This document shows positions 30,784 to 40,385 of a stretch of 64,000 bases of DNA, piece by piece. Where the stretch lies: the IMG/VR virus record IMGVR_UViG_3300025435_001056, positions 32,001 through 96,000 of that record; one strand, written 5' to 3'. This stretch comes from a virus. The position numbers and the translations under genes were made by a program. Numbering within the stretch: the stretch's first letter is position 1; each line of letters opens with the position of its first letter. The notes beneath the pieces are model-generated. The model saw nothing but the letters and a program-made list of their open reading frames with translations, did not search any database and was not told the DNA's origin.

Positions 30784-31095
30784 ATGATGCCGAACGCCGG
30801 AACAGTTGCACAAGTAAAAATCAATCACGAGCTCAAAGAGCCTCCTATGTTCAAGATCATCTATTTAAATGACAACCAAACTACCATGGAATTTGTAATT
30901 GAAACCTTGTTGAGCTTTTTTGATTACACCGCAGACACCGCTTTAAAAATTACTCAAGACATACACGAAGCCGGTTCGGCTGTGGTAGCGGTACTACCTT
31001 ATGAAGTTGCTGAGCAAAAAGGTATCGAAGTTACAGTACATGCTAGATCAAATAATTATCCGTTACAGATCAAATTAGAACCTGAGACAGTCTAA
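30784..31095 (+). CDS. clpS: N-degron adaptor ClpS
   Basis: PPMFKIIYLNDNQTTMEFV, IHEAG.AVV, EVAEQK, YPLQ. Confidence 0.92.
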   Translation: MMPNAGTVAQVKINHELKEPPMFKIIYLNDNQTTMEFVIETLLSFFDYTADTALKITQDIHEAGSAVVAVLPYEVAEQKGIEVTVHARSNNYPLQIKLEPETV

Positions 31096-31883
31096 AACTT
31101 AATCTCTATTCGTTTAGGGTAGTAGGCAGATTGACAATATTCGGTGTCGCCGCGACCACGACAGTTGTTAACATATCGAACGCCAGCGAAATTTCTGTCA
31201 ACTGATCGATGATAGTGTCCAAAACACCAGACTTTGATTTTACATTCGGTATCTTCTTTTAAAGCCTGTTCGAGGTGACGATTACCCATGCAGTTAAATC
31301 TCCAGGTTCCAATTAAATCTATGTCATGGTCAATGATCCATGGTGCTGGTACTGTGTGACTGATTACCACAATAGCTCGAACTTCGGCATGTGTCTGTAA
31401 TTGGTATACACTATTGATCATGTAAGCAGCATCATGGTAGGCCACACCGTTTATCCCCATAGCTTCATTATGTGTGATACCGTAACGATTTCGATACCAC
31501 TCGATTGATTGCTCCAGATCTAATGAGGAATCAAAATCATAGCACCACCAACCATTGGTGGCCAAAAAAGCCACGCCGTTTACAATAACTACATGGTCCT
31601 GCAGGTAAATCACATTAGGAATATTAGAAATTTCTTGAGTTAACTCTTGATAACTAGCACCTAGATCGGTAAGAAAACAACGGTGTTCGTCATTACCATC
31701 AATGTAAAATACGCCACCAGGATAGCACGTACCTAAATGTGTTAAGGTATCGATCAATTGAGACCGATCCTGAGCTATATCACCGGCTATCACACAATAT
31801 GGGCTGGTAGCCTGGTCGGTCCAGTCAAAGGTGTCCCAGGTATCGACGTGTAGATCGGAAATTAAATCAAAGGCAAAAGTCAT
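31092..31883 (-). CDS. Calcineurin-like metallophosphoesterase
   Basis: SDLH, AGD, GNDE, SHTVP, FGHYH. Confidence 0.88.
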   Translation of the reverse strand: MTFAFDLISDLHVDTWDTFDWTDQATSPYCVIAGDIAQDRSQLIDTLTHLGTCYPGGVFYIDGNDEHRCFLTDLGASYQELTQEISNIPNVIYLQDHVVIVNGVAFLATNGWWCYDFDSSLDLEQSIEWYRNRYGITHNEAMGINGVAYHDAAYMINSVYQLQTHAEVRAIVVISHTVPAPWIIDHDIDLIGTWRFNCMGNRHLEQALKEDTECKIKVWCFGHYHRSVDRNFAGVRYVNNCRGRGDTEYCQSAYYPKRIEIKF

Positions 31884-31909
31884 GATAACTATTTACAGGA
31901 GGCAACACA

Positions 31910-32260
31910 ATGCATATTATTTTTGGTAAACTACCCGAGCTGGAAGAAAAATATACTGTATTAGAATTAGATACTATTAGAATTGGACCAGAAGGGCCCA
32001 AACGTACAGCCTATTGCGTGATTGAAAATATTCCCTTAGAAGAAATGCCCGCAGTCAACACTCTTAGAGATTTACATGCTGGACTAATGCTGGCATACCA
32101 AAATCAAGATTGGGCACAATGCGAAACAATAATTGGGCAACTCAAAGGCAAATGGGGCGGGGAAATGGATAGCTTTTACATAGAACTAGCCAGTCGTATT
32201 GGGGTATTAAAAACTCAAATACTTGGTGCTGATTGGACTGGGGTTATTGAAAAATCTTAA
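31910..32260 (+). CDS. Protein resembling the C-terminal (TPR-like) tail of class III adenylate cyclases, without the catalytic core
   Basis: ELDTI...Y..QDW..C...Y..R...DWTGV pattern. Confidence 0.45.
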   Translation: MHIIFGKLPELEEKYTVLELDTIRIGPEGPKRTAYCVIENIPLEEMPAVNTLRDLHAGLMLAYQNQDWAQCETIIGQLKGKWGGEMDSFYIELASRIGVLKTQILGADWTGVIEKS

Positions 32261-32266
32261 AAATTA

Positions 32267-33583
32267 TTAAAGATTTTTAATTGTTTTTAAAACCCAGTCG
32301 ACTTCAGATTTTGTAACCAATCCTACAGATTCTGGATTTGCAATAGACTCTAAATCTGCCTGTTCGATACAATCTCTAACTTCTTTAAAAGTCAATAAAT
32401 ACTCCAAACGATTAACGAACTTATCAGCATGTGATTGAGATTTTGATTGACTAATACCTATTATTAAATTGTCAGTCAGCTCTTTTGTGATTGAATCAAA
32501 AAATTCCTGGCTAAAAAACCATTGCCGATTGTAATCCGCAATTTCCTGTGCCTGTGACATTTTGATTTTTCGTTCATCTAGACTCCAATTAGCAATGTGT
32601 GACATAAGATCTGTAACGGCATGTAATCGTTTTTGAGGATCTTCTATAGAATCGTAATTTTCATCCCAAATATTGCCAAAAGTTTTAAATCCGTAACTGT
32701 GTAAATATTTAAGACTACCGTGTGTTCCAGCTAGTATAAACGGTTGCCCACAAGCAATAGGTCTTAGACTTTTTTCAGTTAAATGTAGTCGATCGTCATC
32801 AAACAAGGTTTCTAGTACTACCTCTATATCAGTGGATTCGTAATCTTTTATATCAAAATCGGCACTGTAGTTACTTGACGCTGTGCTAGTATTAAAATAA
32901 TTTTCTAGTATGGATTGAGGTGTCCAGATTGGATTATCAAATTTATGTTGGGCGTAATGAGTATTTGTTTCGGCATCAATTGGATTGACCCAAGTCTGAC
33001 ATAAATCTTGCAAATTTAATTTTAACAATAATTCAGAAAAATATAAACGATATTCGCGAGTACCAGTCCACGCCCGATTATAAATTAAAAATATTTTTTT
33101 AACCTGTTTGAGTTGTTGAATATGTTGAGCAAAACGAAACCAATCCAGTGCTATTATTGCGTGACTCCAGTAGTAAACCAATACACATTGGTCATTTTGA
33201 TATTTAACTAGATTTTTTGATCTTTTTTCGCTATGTACTATACAACTTTCGTATATACCATAATTTCTTTGAAGATTATTTGTATAGGGATTTCCTATTA
33301 AAGAATCTGTCAATTTTGCTAGACGATAATTTTTCATTTTGTCAAAGCGATTTTTTGATTCTTTTTCACCCTGATACAGATTGTAATTTAAAGGTTCCTG
33401 ATCGTGGCAATAAATTCCCACTCTCAGTACTGCATTAGACCAATTTATTGGGCCGTTTATTGGTCCTAAATTTTCTATTTTTTTTGAACCATGTGGCCAA
33501 AAACGATAAATTACTATATCCTTATCAATTTTTTTGGCAATACTTTCAATATAATGATATAACCGATCTAATGGAATAGTCAT
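32267..33583 (-). CDS. Glycosyltransferase-like protein (GT10-related C-terminus)
   Basis: ETLF...LTEKSLRPI..GQPFIL.G...GFKTF...DENYD; AT-rich. Confidence 0.5.
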   Translation of the reverse strand: MTIPLDRLYHYIESIAKKIDKDIVIYRFWPHGSKKIENLGPINGPINWSNAVLRVGIYCHDQEPLNYNLYQGEKESKNRFDKMKNYRLAKLTDSLIGNPYTNNLQRNYGIYESCIVHSEKRSKNLVKYQNDQCVLVYYWSHAIIALDWFRFAQHIQQLKQVKKIFLIYNRAWTGTREYRLYFSELLLKLNLQDLCQTWVNPIDAETNTHYAQHKFDNPIWTPQSILENYFNTSTASSNYSADFDIKDYESTDIEVVLETLFDDDRLHLTEKSLRPIACGQPFILAGTHGSLKYLHSYGFKTFGNIWDENYDSIEDPQKRLHAVTDLMSHIANWSLDERKIKMSQAQEIADYNRQWFFSQEFFDSITKELTDNLIIGISQSKSQSHADKFVNRLEYLLTFKEVRDCIEQADLESIANPESVGLVTKSEVDWVLKTIKNL

Positions 33584-33622
33584 AGGAAACTATTTAGTTT
33601 ACAGATCAATTTGCAATAAAAT

Positions 33623-34141
33623 ATGACAAAAAATACTATAATTAAATACAATCTAGCAGTATTTTGGGACAACGAGTATAAACATCTCAACTACATAAAC
33701 GAACCCTTTAATGATATAATTAGCACAGAACGGTGGATACAACAAGGATATTCGGGCAACTTTACCGGCGATATGTGTGACATGCGCAGTCAACAACCTA
33801 GATGGAATAATCAATTTATTAAACATTTTGAATTGCTGGGATGGAAAAATGTCGGCACTAGTTACTACAGAATGGGTACTGGAACAATATTACCAACTCA
33901 TGGAGATTTATATCTAAAATATATAGATTTATTTAATCTTAAAGGTCGGGAACATGCAATCCGTAGAGCTATTGTGTTTCTTGAAGACTGGAAATCGGGT
34001 CATTATTTTGAAGTCAACGAGGTTCCTATAGTTGATTGGTCTGCCGGTACAGTAGTAGAATGGACTTATAATACACTACACATGGCAGCCAATATTGGTT
34101 TAGAGCCCAGATATACCTTACAAATAACAGGACATGTATGA
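33623..34141 (+). CDS. 2OG-Fe(II)/cupin-fold oxygenase-like protein
   Basis: PTHGD...LHMAAN...RYTLQITG (HxD...H...R). Confidence 0.65.
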   Translation: MTKNTIIKYNLAVFWDNEYKHLNYINEPFNDIISTERWIQQGYSGNFTGDMCDMRSQQPRWNNQFIKHFELLGWKNVGTSYYRMGTGTILPTHGDLYLKYIDLFNLKGREHAIRRAIVFLEDWKSGHYFEVNEVPIVDWSAGTVVEWTYNTLHMAANIGLEPRYTLQITGHV

Positions 34142-35064
34142 TTAACAGTTGTAACGAGTGGGATCCTTTAGAAGTTGTTATTGTAGGAGATGCTACCTCA
34201 GCTAATTGGCCCACGACCGATCCGGTGTTTGCTAAAGAAGCACATAACAGCTTATGGAAAGAGACTCCGGCGCCCTGTGGTCCGGTTCCGCAACCAATTG
34301 TTGATCAGTCAAATTGGGAATTAGATATTTTATCTGAAACTTTGATTCGGTATGGTGCTACAGTTTATAGACCCAAACCAATGGACTTTTCTAAACGACA
34401 GGGCATGTACAATTACTGTCCGAGAGATCGGTTGTTGGTCGCTGGAGATGTTGTGGTAGATGTTAACATGATGTATCCGTGTCGAGACCAAGAGATAGAA
34501 AATTATGGCCGTATTTTAGATCAAGCTAAAACTGTTTTAACCATGCCCAAAGATCAGGGAATGACCTTGGATGCAGCCAATATTTGCAGACTAGGCAGTA
34601 CCTGGTTGTTTTTAGAATCAGCCTCGGGCAACAGAGCCGCATATGAATGGTTGTGTGCGCAGTTTCCCAAGATTACAATTGAGTTGGTAAATTTTTATGC
34701 AGGTGTGCATATTGATTCAACCATAACTCCTTTGCGTGAAGGACTGGTCATGCTGAATGCTAGTCGAGTTACGGAATCAAATTGTCCCCAGGCATTTAAA
34801 GATTGGGAAAAAATTTGGGTCACAGAGGATCAGATTGTGCCACAGGATTTTTATCAATATCCTTATGCATCAAAATGGATTGCCATGAACATGCTGGTAT
34901 TAGATCCAGAAACAGTAATTATCGATGCTGCACAAACTGAACTGATCAACATATTAAACTGTCATGGCATTGATTCAATCCCGCTTACTTTAAGTCACAG
35001 CCGGACCTTGGGTGGAGGATTTCATTGTGTAACATTAGATACTCGGAGACGGCATGAATATTAA
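34138..35064 (+). CDS. Amidinotransferase (StrB1/glycine amidinotransferase family)
   Basis: NEWDPL, YCPRD, DAAN, HIDST and GGGFHCVT catalytic motifs. Confidence 0.92.
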   Translation: MINSCNEWDPLEVVIVGDATSANWPTTDPVFAKEAHNSLWKETPAPCGPVPQPIVDQSNWELDILSETLIRYGATVYRPKPMDFSKRQGMYNYCPRDRLLVAGDVVVDVNMMYPCRDQEIENYGRILDQAKTVLTMPKDQGMTLDAANICRLGSTWLFLESASGNRAAYEWLCAQFPKITIELVNFYAGVHIDSTITPLREGLVMLNASRVTESNCPQAFKDWEKIWVTEDQIVPQDFYQYPYASKWIAMNMLVLDPETVIIDAAQTELINILNCHGIDSIPLTLSHSRTLGGGFHCVTLDTRRRHEY

Positions 35065-35611
35065 TTGGGTATTGTCGGATTCCGTGTCTATTGGCCCTGA
35101 AATAGCAGTCGAACAGCTTAAACGCCTCGGAAGTTTTTGGGGCAGTTGGCGAACCTGGAGGAGTTGTGGAACTGACAATGTGGTCTGTAACGATCTAACA
35201 CGTGCAAGCGAACTAGTAAAACGAAATTTTCAATCAGAATGCAACCTTTATCTACCGACCAACAATTATCAAACTCTAGGTCGACCAGTCGGTGTACGCC
35301 TGTATGAAGGTGAATTTGTGCATGATGTTGACCACCAAGAAGAAATAGTGGCCATGCATCTAGTTGCTGGTTTCAGCGACATAGTGCTATTGTTCGGATT
35401 TGATTTATCAGAGCCCGCAATTAACACAGACAAGATATCAGAAATCCGTGCCAGAAATTGGCGTGGACTGGTGCGGCAGGCCATTGTAGACAACAGCCAT
35501 GTACAATGGGTATTGGTAAATCATGACAAACCGGTTATGAAGGCCATGAGCGATTTAGAAAATCTTACAGTCGATACCATGTCGGCGGTGTTGGCTCTAA
35601 ACGAAGAATAA
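35054..35611 (+). CDS. Hypothetical protein, possible Rossmann-like sugar-transferase fold
   Basis: IVLLFGFDL motif similar to DUF115/Cst-like proteins. Confidence 0.4.
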   Translation: MNINWVLSDSVSIGPEIAVEQLKRLGSFWGSWRTWRSCGTDNVVCNDLTRASELVKRNFQSECNLYLPTNNYQTLGRPVGVRLYEGEFVHDVDHQEEIVAMHLVAGFSDIVLLFGFDLSEPAINTDKISEIRARNWRGLVRQAIVDNSHVQWVLVNHDKPVMKAMSDLENLTVDTMSAVLALNEE

Positions 35612-35629
35612 TTTTAATAAAGGAAATCA

Positions 35630-36727
35630 ATGACATATTTTTTTACCAGTGAAAGTGTAAGTGAAGGACACCCGGATAAAGTAGCAGATGCTATCAGTGA
35701 TGCTGTTTTGGATTTGGTTATGCAAGAAAAAAATACAGCACTGCGGTGTGCATGTGAAACATTGGTTACAACCAATCGCGTGGTAGTAGCCGGCGAGTAC
35801 AAGGGTGTATTAGATCAAGAAGAAGTTGATGGTGTTATCCGTAAAGTTATTAAAGACATCGGGTACGAACAATCAGGTTTTGATTGGCGTACAGTGGAAA
35901 TTACTAATCTGCTACATGGACAAAGTGCAGATATTGCCTTGGGTACAGACTCTTTTGGTGCCGGCGACCAAGGACTCATGTTTGGATATGCTTGTAACGA
36001 AACTAACGATTACATGCCCAGTGCTATCTACTGGAGTCATAGAATTGTAGAAGGACTTACACAAGTAAGAAAACAAGGCATACTTAATTATCTTGGCCCG
36101 GATGCCAAGAGTCAAGTCACATTCGAATACAGCGACGATGATAAACCAGTTCGTATTGCCAAAGTGGTTTGTAGCACCCAACATGCGGCTGATGTTGACA
36201 TCGAAACTGTAAGGAAAGATGTGGGAAATATTATTCGTAACATATTGCCAACAGAATATATTGACAATGCAACAGAATTTTATATTAACCCTACTGGCAG
36301 ATTTGTAATTGGGGGGCCAGATGGGGACACCGGCTTGACAGGTCGCAAGATCATTGTAGACACCTATGGTGGTTATAGTCCACATGGTGGCGGTGCGTTC
36401 TCTGGCAAGGACCCTACCAAAGTAGATCGTAGTGCTGCTTACTTAACACGCTATTTGGCCAAAAATATTGTAGCAAGTGGGCAAGCTACCTGGGCCACGG
36501 TACAGATCAGCTATGCCATTGGCGTTGCCGAACCAATGAGTTTTTATGTAGAGAGTAACGGCGATAGTTGTGGTTTGACCAAATGGATACAGTCCAATGT
36601 TGATCTGACTCCAAAAGGCATTATTGAGCGTTTTGATTTATTCCGCCCGATCTATACAAACACAACCAATTATGGACATTTTGGTAAAGCTAATTTGCCG
36701 TGGGAAAAGATTAATTTGTTTGATTGA
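35630..36727 (+). CDS. metK: S-adenosylmethionine synthetase
   Basis: FTSESVSEGHPDK, GAGDQG, GGGAFSGKDPTKVDRS, YGHFG. Confidence 0.97.
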   Translation: MTYFFTSESVSEGHPDKVADAISDAVLDLVMQEKNTALRCACETLVTTNRVVVAGEYKGVLDQEEVDGVIRKVIKDIGYEQSGFDWRTVEITNLLHGQSADIALGTDSFGAGDQGLMFGYACNETNDYMPSAIYWSHRIVEGLTQVRKQGILNYLGPDAKSQVTFEYSDDDKPVRIAKVVCSTQHAADVDIETVRKDVGNIIRNILPTEYIDNATEFYINPTGRFVIGGPDGDTGLTGRKIIVDTYGGYSPHGGGAFSGKDPTKVDRSAAYLTRYLAKNIVASGQATWATVQISYAIGVAEPMSFYVESNGDSCGLTKWIQSNVDLTPKGIIERFDLFRPIYTNTTNYGHFGKANLPWEKINLFD

Positions 36728-36752
36728 CACAAAAAGCCTTTAGTTGTATAAT
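36724..36752 (+). promoter_or_regulatory. Perfect sigma70 promoter TTGACA-N17-TATAAT, 6 nt before ATG 36759
   Basis: Exact consensus. Confidence 0.8.
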
Positions 36753-36758
36753 AGCTGT

Positions 36759-37790
36759 ATGACTACACTAAAGCGTATTGGTTTCTGTTGCAAGTGGCTC
36801 AATGATCCGTCTGAATGTGGCGGCATGAAGGTCAATGCAATGGATCGTGATCTCAACGGCCGTAGCACTACCATGCGTTGGTTGCGAGAACATCCTGATC
36901 AAGCTGAACAGCGTCAGTGGGATATCATGAATCACAATACGGCGGCCGCTGTGCGCTTGATTGAACGTGTGGCCACCTTGCCGCCTGAACGGCGTATGGT
37001 GCGACTAGGTAGTGAAATGCTACAAGGCTATACCGAGAAGGACTGGAAAGCCTGGTGGCAACAAGCAGATGTGCAGAATCACCTGGAGCAAATCTTTGCA
37101 CCCATCGGTGAAACAGCTCGTAGGCTTGATGTGCGTCTCAGTTTTCACCCTGGACAGTTTTGTGTCCTAGCGTCAGAGAATCCTGGTATTGTAGAACGAA
37201 GCTTAGAGGAGTTTGAATATCATGCGGATATGGCCAGGTGGATGGGTTATGGTAAATCATTTCAAGACTTCAAGATCAATGTTCATATTTCAGGCAAGCG
37301 TGGTCCCGAAGGTATTAGAGAAGCCTACAAGAAGCTGTCGCCTGAAGCTCGTAACTGCATCACTATCGAAAACGAAGAAAACTCATGGGGGTTGAATGAT
37401 TGTCTTACCATTTCTGATCTTGTACCTATTGTGCTCGACGTTCATCATTATTGGATCCGCGAAGGAGCCTATCTCCAGCCAGACGACGAGCGTGTTAAAC
37501 GAGTTGTTGATAGCTGGCGTGGTGTTCGCCCTGCTATGCATTATAGTATCAGCCGGGAAGACATACTTGTGGGACATGATGCACATCAAGCCCCCGACTA
37601 TGCGGCGCTTTTGGTAGAAGGCCACAAGAAGCAAAAGTTACGAGCACACTCAGACTTCTACTGGAATCAACCGGTCACTGACTGGGCACTCAGCTTCTGG
37701 AACCAGTTTGACATACAGTGCGAATCAAAATCTAAGAACCTGGCCAGTGAACAGGTTTACAATCGTGCAGTAGAACTAGGTTTGGTATAA
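36759..37790 (+). CDS. uvdE: UV damage endonuclease
   Basis: RIGFCC, RLSFHPGQF, NVHISG, IENEE, LDVHH, HSDF, CESK.K. Confidence 0.9.
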   Translation: MTTLKRIGFCCKWLNDPSECGGMKVNAMDRDLNGRSTTMRWLREHPDQAEQRQWDIMNHNTAAAVRLIERVATLPPERRMVRLGSEMLQGYTEKDWKAWWQQADVQNHLEQIFAPIGETARRLDVRLSFHPGQFCVLASENPGIVERSLEEFEYHADMARWMGYGKSFQDFKINVHISGKRGPEGIREAYKKLSPEARNCITIENEENSWGLNDCLTISDLVPIVLDVHHYWIREGAYLQPDDERVKRVVDSWRGVRPAMHYSISREDILVGHDAHQAPDYAALLVEGHKKQKLRAHSDFYWNQPVTDWALSFWNQFDIQCESKSKNLASEQVYNRAVELGLV

Positions 37791-38089
37791 TGGATTTTAT
37801 TTTTGTAGGTGCAACCAATGCTTGGCAATACATTAGAAACGATTGGCAAAGCAACCGTGTACGTTTTTGTGCCGAAGTGTTTGCCTGGGCCTGTAGTGTT
37901 ACAAGTGCCGTGATATTTGCGGTCACGGTGCCCAATATTCCGGTGGCGCCACTTTATACCATTTTCATCTCGGGCTGTTGTGCCAGTTGCTGGGCTTGTT
38001 GGACTCGACGCAGTTTTGGCTTGATGGCCAATTCTGCGTTTTTGGTCACAATTGATGGAATCGGTTTGATCCGATTCTTATTGCATTAG
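37790..38089 (+). CDS. Small three-TM membrane protein
   Basis: Hydrophobic segments; TAATG coupling. Confidence 0.7.
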   Translation: MDFIFVGATNAWQYIRNDWQSNRVRFCAEVFAWACSVTSAVIFAVTVPNIPVAPLYTIFISGCCASCWACWTRRSFGLMANSAFLVTIDGIGLIRFLLH

Positions 38090-38307
38090 GCCTTGGGAGC
38101 CTTGGGAGTTCTAGGCTTGCGTGTCGCTTTTGGCTTGTCTGCAACTACTGATTTTGCCTTGGTAGCAGGCTTTTTAGTTGGTTTAGGCGCTGGAAATGGC
38201 AGAGCTGGTTCGCTAACTGCTGTTTCCACAGGTGTTTCTACCTTGTAAGGTGCCGTAGCCAGTGGCTCTTGTCCAATTCCTAATAATCTTTTAATATGCT
38301 TTAGCAT
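38086..38307 (-). CDS. Small basic Lys/Ala/Pro-rich protein with amphipathic N-terminus
   Basis: AAGGAG SD; TAAATA at 38327-38332 (minus strand). Confidence 0.75.
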   Translation of the reverse strand: MLKHIKRLLGIGQEPLATAPYKVETPVETAVSEPALPFPAPKPTKKPATKAKSVVADKPKATRKPRTPKAPKA

Positions 38308-38437
38308 GGTATATCTCCTTGTATATTATTTACCGAATTGACACAGGTGTCATTAAACTTTAATATTATTGCGGCGTCGCAATGATAAATATCTCAGTAG
38401 AAACCATGAGATTCTACACAATCAAAGGAGACACAAA

Positions 38438-38602
38438 ATGTCAACAGTATTCAAACGTATCAAAGAGTTTTTTAGTCTAACGGGTAGCGTAAGCCGCGAC
38501 CTAGAATCTTACATTGCCAGTAAGAATCCACAATCAATCAATGATGTAGAGCGTCTAACTAAACTCTACATGACCGGTGGTGTATGCAGGAGAATTGTAT
38601 AA
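38438..38602 (+). CDS. DUF3563-like small protein
   Basis: LESYIASKNPQSINDVERL motif; AAGGAG SD. Confidence 0.55.
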   Translation: MSTVFKRIKEFFSLTGSVSRDLESYIASKNPQSINDVERLTKLYMTGGVCRRIV

Positions 38603-38691
38603 TGTTATTGTTAATTTCAAAAGTTGCAGAATTTTTAAGTAAGTATGCGGCCAAAACCAGCCGTCACGAATCATACCTAGGAGGCCTATAA
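38602..38691 (+). CDS. 29-aa micropeptide absent from the ORF track
   Basis: TAATG coupling and AGGAG SD; MLLLISKVAEFLSKYAAKTSRHESYLGGL. Confidence 0.55.
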   Translation: MLLLISKVAEFLSKYAAKTSRHESYLGGL

Positions 38692-38783
38692 TGCGCGAAT
38701 TTATCAAAGAAATTATCGAGGCTTGGCAAGAAGCACGACAGGCTTATGTAAAAGCACACATGGTAGATGGCCACTGGCTCTAA
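38691..38783 (+). CDS. 30-aa micropeptide absent from the ORF track
   Basis: TAATG coupling and AGGAGG SD; MREFIKEIIEAWQEARQAYVKAHMVDGHWL. Confidence 0.6.
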   Translation: MREFIKEIIEAWQEARQAYVKAHMVDGHWL

Positions 38784-38784
38784 C

Positions 38785-39339
38785 ATGATTACTACTCAAT
38801 TCCTCCCAGTTCAGGACTATTACAAGTTCCAAGGCTGGCTGGAACAGCAGGATGAAGAGACCCGCCAGTTATACTTTGGTATAGCTGGCAGTCAGCATCT
38901 AATTCAGTCCTTGGTAGAACGCATAGTAGAAACGCCTTGTGGGCACCACTTCCTGGTGGCCAAATCTGGCGAAAATTGGGTAGGCACCATACACATTGCC
39001 GCACATGCTGACTCTGTTGAGTTTGGCGTGATTGTGGGTGCTAAACATCGTGGACAGGGCATAGCTGGTCGCATGATGGACGAGGCCTTGATCTGGGCTC
39101 GAAACCGCGGTTACAAAAAACTGTACATGCATTGCCTGGGGTGGAACAAGCCCATACAGCACCTGTGTCAAAAACACGGGTTACAAACCACCAACATGCT
39201 GGGCGATACTGAAGCTGAACTGGCTTTACCACCGGCTACCTGGTACACAGTCAACCATGAATATATGACTAAGATAAAGTCTTTTTATCAAGCCTGGTGG
39301 AAAAATACTAGTATGTTATACCAAGAAATCTACAGCTAA
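38785..39339 (+). CDS. GNAT acetyltransferase
   Basis: V...HRGQGIAG.MM..A..WARNRG; N..IQHL..KHG. Confidence 0.88.
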   Translation: MITTQFLPVQDYYKFQGWLEQQDEETRQLYFGIAGSQHLIQSLVERIVETPCGHHFLVAKSGENWVGTIHIAAHADSVEFGVIVGAKHRGQGIAGRMMDEALIWARNRGYKKLYMHCLGWNKPIQHLCQKHGLQTTNMLGDTEAELALPPATWYTVNHEYMTKIKSFYQAWWKNTSMLYQEIYS

Positions 39340-39347
39340 GTAACTGT

Positions 39348-40058
39348 ATGAACATAATCGTCGCCACCATGGTGATGACACACATCACCATAATGTGCGT
39401 CACCCTATACTTGCATCGCAGTCAAGCACATAGAGGGGTTACTTTTAACCCCGTCATAGCACACGCCATGCGTTTTTGGCTTTGGCTTACAACTGGCATG
39501 GTTACCCAAGAATGGGTAGCCACGCATCGTAAACATCACAGATACACCGAAGAATCCGGAGACCCACATAGTCCACATGTGTCGGGTTTTTGGACGGTAA
39601 TGATCAAAGGTGCCCTGCTATATAAACGGGCTGCCAAAGACCGTGCTATGATCCAGGCCTACGGCACCGGAACGCCCATGGACTGGATTGAGCGTAATTT
39701 ATATTCCAAATACACAGTCTTGGGCATACATTTCATGCTGATCATAGACCTGTACCTGTTCCAGCTATGGGGTCTGGTGGTCTGGGGCATACAGATGTTG
39801 TGGATTCCGTTTTGGGCAGCGGGAGTTGTTAATGGTTTGGGTCATTGGTGGGGATATCGCAATACCGATACCGCCGATCAAAGCCGTAACATATCACCCG
39901 TTGGCATCATAATTGGCGGTGAAGAACTGCACAACAATCATCATGCCGAGCCTGGCAATCCAAGACTCAGCAGAAAATGGTGGGAATTTGATATTGGGTG
40001 GATGTATATTACCATCTTGCGCTGGTTGGGGTTGGCCACCATACGAGCAGAAATTTAG
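39348..40058 (+). CDS. Membrane fatty-acid (acyl-CoA delta-9-type) desaturase
   Basis: His boxes HRSQAH, HRKHH and HNNHH; DPHSP; WEFDIGW. Confidence 0.93.
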   Translation: MNIIVATMVMTHITIMCVTLYLHRSQAHRGVTFNPVIAHAMRFWLWLTTGMVTQEWVATHRKHHRYTEESGDPHSPHVSGFWTVMIKGALLYKRAAKDRAMIQAYGTGTPMDWIERNLYSKYTVLGIHFMLIIDLYLFQLWGLVVWGIQMLWIPFWAAGVVNGLGHWWGYRNTDTADQSRNISPVGIIIGGEELHNNHHAEPGNPRLSRKWWEFDIGWMYITILRWLGLATIRAEI

Positions 40059-40145
40059 CCAAAATCCGTAGGAAAATGTGCGGTCGCACAATATAATACT
40101 AAATAATATTGTTGCAGTACAGCAATTTAACCCAAGGAGAAAACC

Positions 40146-40385
40146 ATGTTTCAATTTAAATCTGTAGTAGACCAAGTAGCACAAGTTTCCAAAATGCCTT
40201 TGACCTTTGTTGAAGACAAGACCTTACGCGGCAGCTTAGAAGCTGTAGTTGACGCTCAAACCAAATTTGTAAAAAGTTTTTACGATACCAATTTGGATTT
40301 GGCCAAACAAGCTGTTGAAAAAGCCAAAGAATACGATTATTCCAAGCCATTTGCTGAATTAGCGTCTGAATTTTTGGTCAAATAA
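40146..40385 (+). CDS. Phasin-like amphipathic helical protein
   Basis: All-helical, VDAQTKFVK pattern, strong SD, own promoter and terminator. Confidence 0.5.
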   Translation: MFQFKSVVDQVAQVSKMPLTFVEDKTLRGSLEAVVDAQTKFVKSFYDTNLDLAKQAVEKAKEYDYSKPFAELASEFLVK

